A program made the position numbers and the translations under genes. DNA of 64,000 nucleotides from Flavobacterium sp. Its GTDB lineage: Bacteria; Bacteroidota; Bacteroidia; Flavobacteriales; Flavobacteriaceae. Below are positions 57,371 through 64,000 of the stretch, in pieces (position 1 is the first letter of the stretch; every line of letters begins with the position of its first letter). The stretch covers positions 44,037-108,036 of the forward strand of contig NZ_JBIKJL010000003.1 of the NCBI RefSeq assembly GCF_044361015.1, written 5' to 3'. The notes beneath the pieces are model-generated. The model was not told the origin of the DNA and searched no databases. It saw only the letters and a list, made by a program, of their open reading frames with translations.

Positions 57371-59836
57371 TTGAAAACAAAACAAATTTTATTGGCTTTC
57401 CTGCTTTTTTGTGTCGGATTTGCCTCAAATGCCCAAACCGCCAGAATTAAAGGAATTATATTAGATGAAAACAACAATCCGGTTGAAGGAGTCAGTATTA
57501 ATTTTCAGGATAAAGGCACCGTTACCAACGAAAATGGGTTTTATATCTTAACTATTCCTGCGAATCAAAGAATCACTTTGGTTTTTACACATATTTCCTT
57601 AAAAAGAGCTACTTTACGAATAGAATTAAAAACTAACGAAGATTATGAATATAATTTTCAAATGAGTGATTCGGATGAACTTTTGGGAGAGGTTATCATT
57701 TCTTCCGGAAAACAGAAACGAGTAGAAGGGATTACGGCAATCGAACCCGCTATTATTCGCCAAATTCCAGGTGCAAATGCAGGCGTTGAAAATATTTTAA
57801 AGACTTTACCCGGCGTAAATTCAAATAACGAATTAAGTACACAATATTCTGTTCGGGGTGGAAATTATGATGAGAACTTAGTTTATGTCAATGAAATTGA
57901 AGTTTATCGTCCGTTTTTGATTCGTTCCGGTCAACAGGAAGGATTGAGTTTTACAAATACGGATATGGTGCAGAATGTTGATTTTTCTGCTGGTGGTTTT
58001 CAAGCTAAATATGGCGATAAATTATCTTCAGTATTAGATATTACTTATCGAATTCCAACTCATTTTGCAGCGGCTTTAGAAGCCAGTTTATTAGGTGGAA
58101 GTTTAACTTTAGAAGGAGTGAGCAAGAATCAAAAGTGGGCTAATATCACCGGAGTTCGCTACAGAGATAATAGTTTATTGGTTAACAGTCAGGAAACAGA
58201 GTCAAATTTCAATCCGACTTTTGCAGACATTCAAACGTATTTGACTTATACGCCTAATGCAAGATGGCAATGGGGATTTTTAGGAAATATTTCTCAGAAT
58301 ACCTATAATTATGAGCCTTTGACACGACAGACTAATTTTGGAACAATCGATGAACCGATTGCTTTACAGGTTTTTTATGAAGGTCAGGAAAAAGATAAAT
58401 ACCAAACTTTATTTGGGGCGATAAAAACATCCTTTACTGTAAATGACAACACAACCTTAAAGTTTATCGGTTCAGTTTATCACACACAAGAGCAAGAGTA
58501 TTTTGATATATTGGCTGCTTATTATTTAGGCGAAGTAGACAGTAATATTGGTTCAGAAACGTTTGGAGATGTAACCTTTAATCGTGGGATTGGTACACAA
58601 CTTAATCATGGGCGTAACAATTTAGATGCCTTGATTATTAATGCTGAAGTGAAAGGTTTTCACAAAATAGAAACGCACGCCATTGAATGGGGCGTTAAAT
58701 ATACCCGTGAAGACATCAGGGATAGATTAGTGGAATGGGAAGTAATCGATTCTGCAGGATTTTCTATTAATCCGCCTCGCGATTTTCCGGTAAATGATCA
58801 GCCTTACAACCCTTATATAGGCCCCTTAGTTCCCTATCAAGATGTTAGGGCAACTAATTTTGTAACTATCGATCGCTTTTCAGGATATGGGCAATGGAGT
58901 AAAAAAGCTACTTTAGGTACCAGTGAAGTTTGGTATAATGCCGGTGTACGGATGCAACATTGGCAAGTTTCTGGTGACGGCGTTCAATCTCAAGCACAAA
59001 CAGTATTTAGTCCGAGAGCACAATTTGCTATTAAACCCGATTGGAATAGTGATATGGTTTTTAGAGTTTCCGGAGGATTTTATTACCAACCTCCATTTTA
59101 TCGTGAACTGCGGGATTATGACGGGGTGATCCAACCGGATGTTAAAGCTCAACAATCCATTCATTTTATTATGGGTAATGACTACAGTTTCAAAATGTGG
59201 AACAGACCATTTAAATTGGTCAGCGAATTATATTATAAAACGCTCGCTGATGTAAATGCTTATACCGTTGATAATGTTCGAATTCGTTACCGAGCTGATA
59301 ATGAAACGGAAGCCTATGTTTATGGTGCAGATTTTAGAATTAACGGTGAATTTGTTCCCGGAACAGAATCTTGGTTTAGTTTAGGTTATTTAAAAACTGA
59401 GGAAAACATTCAGGATAAAGGATATATTGCTAGACCATCGGATCAACGGTTGAAATTTGGCGTACTTTTTCAGGATTATGTTCCGTCTATTCCAAGTTTA
59501 AAAATGTACTTAAATTTGGTTTATAATACAGGTCTTCCTGGTGGTTCTCCATCTTATGCTGATCCATATGATTACCAATTGCGTTTGAAAGATTATCGTA
59601 GAGCGGATGTTGGTTTTTCCTATGTACTGACAGAAAAAAATGATTTAAGGCCTGAAGGACATTGGTTAAAACATTTTAAAGACCTGTCTGTTGGATTGGA
59701 AATATTTAATTTGTTTAATAATCAAAATGCCATAACAAATACATGGGTACGCGATGTGTATACCAAAACTCAATATGGTATACCAAATTATATGACGACC
59801 AGAGTTTTTAATGTGAAATTGACTGCACGACTCTAA
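57371..59836 (+). CDS. TonB-dependent-receptor-like outer-membrane protein with an N-terminal carboxypeptidase-regulatory-like domain
   Basis: TTG start, signal peptide, IKGIILDE...VEGV.I, plug-like LPGV.SNNELS.QYSVRGG, GGFQAKYGDK.SSVLDI, many amphipathic strands. Confidence 0.85.
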   Translation: MKTKQILLAFLLFCVGFASNAQTARIKGIILDENNNPVEGVSINFQDKGTVTNENGFYILTIPANQRITLVFTHISLKRATLRIELKTNEDYEYNFQMSDSDELLGEVIISSGKQKRVEGITAIEPAIIRQIPGANAGVENILKTLPGVNSNNELSTQYSVRGGNYDENLVYVNEIEVYRPFLIRSGQQEGLSFTNTDMVQNVDFSAGGFQAKYGDKLSSVLDITYRIPTHFAAALEASLLGGSLTLEGVSKNQKWANITGVRYRDNSLLVNSQETESNFNPTFADIQTYLTYTPNARWQWGFLGNISQNTYNYEPLTRQTNFGTIDEPIALQVFYEGQEKDKYQTLFGAIKTSFTVNDNTTLKFIGSVYHTQEQEYFDILAAYYLGEVDSNIGSETFGDVTFNRGIGTQLNHGRNNLDALIINAEVKGFHKIETHAIEWGVKYTREDIRDRLVEWEVIDSAGFSINPPRDFPVNDQPYNPYIGPLVPYQDVRATNFVTIDRFSGYGQWSKKATLGTSEVWYNAGVRMQHWQVSGDGVQSQAQTVFSPRAQFAIKPDWNSDMVFRVSGGFYYQPPFYRELRDYDGVIQPDVKAQQSIHFIMGNDYSFKMWNRPFKLVSELYYKTLADVNAYTVDNVRIRYRADNETEAYVYGADFRINGEFVPGTESWFSLGYLKTEENIQDKGYIARPSDQRLKFGVLFQDYVPSIPSLKMYLNLVYNTGLPGGSPSYADPYDYQLRLKDYRRADVGFSYVLTEKNDLRPEGHWLKHFKDLSVGLEIFNLFNNQNAITNTWVRDVYTKTQYGIPNYMTTRVFNVKLTARL

Positions 59837-59880
59837 CTAAAGATTAAATTTTATATCTTTGGATAATAACTCATAATCGT

Positions 59881-60606
59881 ATGAAGACTTTTATTAAAGC
59901 TGTTTTATTATTGATTTTAGTAGTAACTTTTGGTTGTAAAGAAGGTGAAAAGGAGAAGCCAAAAGTAACCTATAAAGAATCGCCTGCACAAGTGGAAGTG
60001 AAAAAAGATACCACTCAAATCAAAATTGCTGATTTACCCATTCACATGGAAGGAACCAGTTTTTTGCTGCATCCAATTGGAGATGTTAGAGTGTATGATG
60101 GCAGTTCAAAATCCAGTTATGGTTCATCAAGTACAAGTCGGGTGAGTTATTCTATTTCAAATTATAATCGATTCGAAATAACAGGATACTTGAATAATAT
60201 CCGTTTTCAACATCTAGATTCAACAGCAACAAGACCATTAACCGATAAAATTGTTATTATACAAACCGCTACTTTTTTAAATACAATTGCGGAAAAAACA
60301 AAAAAACAGATTTTAGTTTATTCTATTTCTGATATGGATACTAACAAAGATGGAAAGCTAGATGCTAATGATATCAAATCGCTTTACATCAGTGAAATTT
60401 CAGGAAATCATTTTATTAAATTATCACCTGATTTTCAAGAATTAATTGATTGGAATTTAATTGAAACAAAAAACAGACTTTATTTTAGAACAACTGAAGA
60501 TACCAACAAAAACGGCGATTTTGATAAAGATGATACTGTATTTTATTATTTTGTTGATTTAATGGATAAAGAATGGAAGTTAAACGAATATAAACCGTTT
60601 CATTAA
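59881..60606 (+). CDS. Hypothetical lipoprotein with two DxNxxG calcium-binding-like loops
   Basis: Lipobox TFG-C; DTNKDGKLD and DTNKNGDFD. Confidence 0.75.
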   Translation: MKTFIKAVLLLILVVTFGCKEGEKEKPKVTYKESPAQVEVKKDTTQIKIADLPIHMEGTSFLLHPIGDVRVYDGSSKSSYGSSSTSRVSYSISNYNRFEITGYLNNIRFQHLDSTATRPLTDKIVIIQTATFLNTIAEKTKKQILVYSISDMDTNKDGKLDANDIKSLYISEISGNHFIKLSPDFQELIDWNLIETKNRLYFRTTEDTNKNGDFDKDDTVFYYFVDLMDKEWKLNEYKPFH

Positions 60607-61304
60607 ATCAGAATATCACTTTCTAAATCAGATTTTTCGATTGAAAAATTAAAACCCAGTTGTTCCATTAACTGAATCACTAAATTTTTATACCAGTTTT
60701 CTGATTTCGGATGAATATAAATCTTTTCAATGAGTTGGTGAATATCGACATCAATTTTTAATCCTTCATTTATCAAAATATTATTTTGAGTCACATCAGA
60801 AATAATGCGCACCTCTCGTTCGTATTGAAAACTTTTTCGTTTAAATAAAAAGGGAAAAAAAGTGTCATCAAAAGGAATGTATTCTTTTTTATAATCGATA
60901 TAATTTACTTCCCCAATATATTGAGTTGTTTTAGTTTCCGGTTTCATTGCTTCCTGTAATCTTTTAACGGTAGATTGTATAGCTAATCCTTCGTTGTTTT
61001 TGGTGAAAATTTGCCACATAGCAAACGATTCATATTCATTGATGTGCCAACTACTAATCACAATTTTTTCGCGATGGGATTTATAATAATCTAAAAACTC
61101 AGGATTATTTTCGGCAATTTTTCGAATTTCTTCGAAGGTTGGCTCGCTAAACGTTCCTTCGTATTGGTCTTCAAATTTATCCGACCTAGACATAAAGAGC
61201 TTTTTTGAAAGTAACAAATCCAAAAATTTAGACAAATCCAAGTATTTCCACACAATAGTGTCCGGATCTTCGGGAAGTTTTATGTCGGAATTATGAATAT
61301 ACAT
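60603..61304 (-). CDS. Hypothetical cytoplasmic protein, DUF2971-like
   Basis: Minus strand (ATG at 61304). WKYLDL.KF, F.DQYEG, SSW, ES.AMW..F, GEVNY.DY, KR.SF.YEREVR. Confidence 0.6.
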   Translation of the reverse strand: MYIHNSDIKLPEDPDTIVWKYLDLSKFLDLLLSKKLFMSRSDKFEDQYEGTFSEPTFEEIRKIAENNPEFLDYYKSHREKIVISSWHINEYESFAMWQIFTKNNEGLAIQSTVKRLQEAMKPETKTTQYIGEVNYIDYKKEYIPFDDTFFPFLFKRKSFQYEREVRIISDVTQNNILINEGLKIDVDIHQLIEKIYIHPKSENWYKNLVIQLMEQLGFNFSIEKSDLESDILI

Positions 61305-61357
61305 TTTATTCCTAATAAGTTAAAAAGTTAAAGGATATAAGCTATTATTTTTAATTT

Positions 61358-63187
61358 TTATTCGAAACTTTGCATCATTACTAATTTGGAATACATTCCA
61401 TTTTGAGATAACAATTCATCATGTGTTCCTTGTTCAACAATTTCACCTTTTTGCATCACCACAATTAAATCTGCATTTTGAATGGTAGAAAGACGGTGAG
61501 CAATGACTACTGAAGTTCTATTTTGCATTAACTTTTCTAATTCTATCTGAACAATTTTTTCACTTTCGGTATCCAAAGCAGAGGTTCCTTCATCCAAAAT
61601 CATAATCGGTGGATTTTTCAAAACTGCTCGTGCAATAGAAAGACGTTGCTTTTGACCACCGGATAATTTTCCGCCTGCATCACCAATATTTGTGTTGATT
61701 CCGTTCGGTAAATCTTTCACAAATTCATAGGCGTTGGCAATTTTTAAGGCTTCGATGATTTCATCATCTGTAGCATCTTGCTTTCCTAAAAGAATATTGT
61801 TTTTGATTGTATCGTTAAATAAAATAGAATCTTGTGTAACTAATCCCATTAAATTTCGCAACGATTCTAACGACATTTCTTTAATGTTTATTCCGTCAAT
61901 TTTTACACTTCCGTCATTCACATCATAAAAACGGGTGAGCAAATTGGCAATCGTACTTTTTCCACTACCGGATTGTCCAACCAAAGCAACCGTTTTTCCT
62001 TTTGGAATTTTTAAAGAGAAATTTTTCAGAATAATTTCATCTTCATATTTAAAGTTAATGTTTTCAATCGTAATATTTTGATCGAATGAATTTTTTTGAA
62101 TAGCATCAGGATTGTCGGTGATTGTATTTTCTACTTCCAAAACTTCAAAAACACGTTCAGCAGCTGCCAATCCGTTTTTTACAGCATAAGATGCTTTTGA
62201 AATTGCTTTTGCAGGTGTTAATATGTTATAGGCTAATCCTAAATAAACGATAAACAACGCACCATTTAAGGATTGTTCTACTAAAACTAAATTACCACCA
62301 TACCAAAGTAAGATAGCAATCACAACAATTCCCATAAATTCGCTCATCGGAGAAGCCAAATTATTTTTCTTACCGATGCTGTTATTTAATCGGAGTAATT
62401 TGTCAATCGAGTTGTTAAAGATATTTTTAAAATAACTTTCAGCGTTATAGCTTTTTACAACTTTTAGCCCGCCTAAACTTTCTTCAACAATTGAGATTAG
62501 AAAACCATTTTCTTTTTGTGCATTTTGAGACTTAGATTTTAAACTTTTACCAATTTTAGAAATGATAAATCCTGAAATTGGAATAAAAATAAAAACAAAA
62601 AGCGTCAATTTTAAACTGATATTCATCATCGCTATGATGGCAAACAAAATAGTAAGTGGTTCTTTTACAATTAGTTCCAAAATCATAAAAAAGGAGTTTT
62701 GAACTTCGTTTACATCACCTAACATTCTGGCCATGATATCACCTTTTCTTTTCTCTGAATAATATGAAATGGGCAGAGCTATGATTTTACTAAACATTTG
62801 TTCTCTTAGATCACGAAGCACCCCATTTTTTACTTTTGTTAAATGCTGAGACGCCAAATAATTAAAAAGATTTTTAAATAAAAAAGTAGAAATGACTAAG
62901 GCAACCGTTAGTAATAAGGAATATTGTGGCCCTTCTTCTTCCGATAATTTAGTTACATAGTATTGGAGATATTGTTTTCCGTAGGAGCCCAATTCCATAA
63001 TACCATTGTACTTTGGTAAAGTAATTACACGTTCATTCATTTTAAACAATACTTCCATTAAAGGAAATAAGGCAACAAATGAAAGCGTGCTAAACAAGGC
63101 GTACAAAACATTAAAGGTCACATTCCAAAAAATATGTCCTTTAAATTTTTTAGCAAACGGAATTATCTTTTTTAAGTTTTGATCCAT
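61358..63187 (-). CDS. MsbA-like ABC exporter (TMD plus NBD)
   Basis: TM domain, Walker A GQSGSGKST, signature LSGGQKQR, ILDEGTSALD, IAHRLST. Confidence 0.93.
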   Translation of the reverse strand: MDQNLKKIIPFAKKFKGHIFWNVTFNVLYALFSTLSFVALFPLMEVLFKMNERVITLPKYNGIMELGSYGKQYLQYYVTKLSEEEGPQYSLLLTVALVISTFLFKNLFNYLASQHLTKVKNGVLRDLREQMFSKIIALPISYYSEKRKGDIMARMLGDVNEVQNSFFMILELIVKEPLTILFAIIAMMNISLKLTLFVFIFIPISGFIISKIGKSLKSKSQNAQKENGFLISIVEESLGGLKVVKSYNAESYFKNIFNNSIDKLLRLNNSIGKKNNLASPMSEFMGIVVIAILLWYGGNLVLVEQSLNGALFIVYLGLAYNILTPAKAISKASYAVKNGLAAAERVFEVLEVENTITDNPDAIQKNSFDQNITIENINFKYEDEIILKNFSLKIPKGKTVALVGQSGSGKSTIANLLTRFYDVNDGSVKIDGINIKEMSLESLRNLMGLVTQDSILFNDTIKNNILLGKQDATDDEIIEALKIANAYEFVKDLPNGINTNIGDAGGKLSGGQKQRLSIARAVLKNPPIMILDEGTSALDTESEKIVQIELEKLMQNRTSVVIAHRLSTIQNADLIVVMQKGEIVEQGTHDELLSQNGMYSKLVMMQSFE

Positions 63188-64000
63188 TAGTTCAGTTTCA
63201 TATCAGCAATTACAGCTTTTATTTTTGCATCTAATTCAGCTTCTACAGTAGTGACGTTTTCAATAGCATCCAAAGTAGTGTTCACACTGAAATAAAATTT
63301 AATTTTTGGTTCGGTACCACTGGGTCGGGCACAGATTTTTGTACCGTCTTCGGTGTAATAAATCAATACATCTGATTTTGGAATATCTAAAGGTTCTTTT
63401 TCATTGGATAGTAGATTTAAAACAGTAGAATTTTGATAATCTTCCACACAAATTACAAGTTGACCGTTGATTTCTTTTAATGGATTGTTGCGTAAATCAA
63501 TCATCATTTGTTTGATTTCATTGGCACCTTCTATTCCTTTTTTGGTGATAGAAATTAAATGTTCTTTGAAATAGCCGTGATCAACATATAAATTCAGAAG
63601 TTCTTGATACAAGGTGCTTTCCGCTGCTTTTGCTTGAGCAGCAATTTCACAAACGAGTAGGGTAGCGGCAATGGCATCTTTATCTCGAACGGCATCGCCT
63701 ACCATGAATCCGAAGCTTTCTTCGCCTCCTCCCACAAATTTCTGGTTTGGGAAATCTTTTATCATTTTGGCAATCCATTTGAAACCAGTTAATCCTACTT
63801 TGCATTCCACGCCATAAGCAGCGGCTAATTCAAGCATCATTGGAGTAGAAACAATGGTTGTACCAATGAATTCATTTCCTTTAAATTTATTGGCTCTTTT
63901 CCATTGTTCCAATAAAAAGGCCGTCATGATAACCATTGTTTGGTTACCATTTAATAAAGTCAGCTTTCCTTCCGAGTTACGAACAGCAACTCCTAGTCGG
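63187..64000 (-). CDS. Phosphoglucomutase/phosphomannomutase, C-terminal part (5' end lies beyond the window)
   Basis: The frame is open to the window edge (RLGVAVR...LNGNQ). TIVST, GLTGFKWI, GGEES.G, RDKD, ARPSGTEPKIKFY. Confidence 0.93.
   Translation of the reverse strand, partial: RLGVAVRNSEGKLTLLNGNQTMVIMTAFLLEQWKRANKFKGNEFIGTTIVSTPMMLELAAAYGVECKVGLTGFKWIAKMIKDFPNQKFVGGGEESFGFMVGDAVRDKDAIAATLLVCEIAAQAKAAESTLYQELLNLYVDHGYFKEHLISITKKGIEGANEIKQMMIDLRNNPLKEINGQLVICVEDYQNSTVLNLLSNEKEPLDIPKSDVLIYYTEDGTKICARPSGTEPKIKFYFSVNTTLDAIENVTTVEAELDAKIKAVIADMKLN

Noticed and set aside
929-59164. Short nested or antisense ORFs of 60-175 aa in the track (e.g. 929, 4599, 5218, 9558, 10296, 14701, 29665, 31518, 52321, 58913)
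   Set aside because: They overlap well-supported genes in other frames or strands and show no recognisable motifs; they are shadow ORFs.
1674-61304. Strand labels in the supplied ORF track
   Set aside because: Nine real genes labelled + (1674, 35267, 35949, 36400, 37349, 39245, 42552, 45086, 60603) read on the minus strand when start and stop codons are checked against the sequence. This is a track artefact, not biology.
1-64000. CRISPR arrays, rRNA genes, IS transposases
   Set aside because: I saw no regularly spaced repeat-spacer units, rRNA-like sequence or transposase motifs.

Overview
AT-rich bacterial chromosome segment that looks like Flavobacterium (Bacteroidota): it has TAnnTTTG -7 promoter boxes, T9SS cargo, and DUF493-DUF4290-murA and zapA-6S-rny synteny. 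Most of it is housekeeping backbone (SurA-like PPIase, MoxR, aconitase, GAPDH, HtrA, dapF, mltG, dnaA, ribD, prmC, hisS, pta-ackA, tRNA-Met, HU, fmt, RecQ, murA, aroQ, xerD, rny, 6S RNA, zapA, MsbA-like ABC transporter, phosphohexomutase). Several accessory-looking patches interrupt it. (i) 1674-3971: a head-to-head pair of a membrane-anchored protein with the motif pattern of PHM/DBH-type copper monooxygenases and an acyltransferase-3. (ii) 6403-9373: a Fic/DUF4172 gene between two ~330-bp imperfect direct repeats that begin in the last codons of the aconitase gene, followed by an orphan T9SS C-terminal domain and a hypothetical exported protein. (iii) 30710-33355: a LamG T9SS cargo gene beside tRNA-Met. 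(iv) 45633-51972: a tandem pair of M14 peptidase homologues (one apparently a pseudoenzyme), a multiply disrupted outer-membrane beta-barrel pseudogene and three intact beta-barrel genes next to xerD. The supplied ORF track has the wrong strand for several real genes (1674-2816, 35267-35827, 35949-36251, 36400-37347, 37349-39241, 39245-39784, 42552-45032, 45086-45502 and 60603-61304 are on the minus strand); the strands below were re-read from the sequence. All family assignments come from motif recognition by eye, with no database searches.
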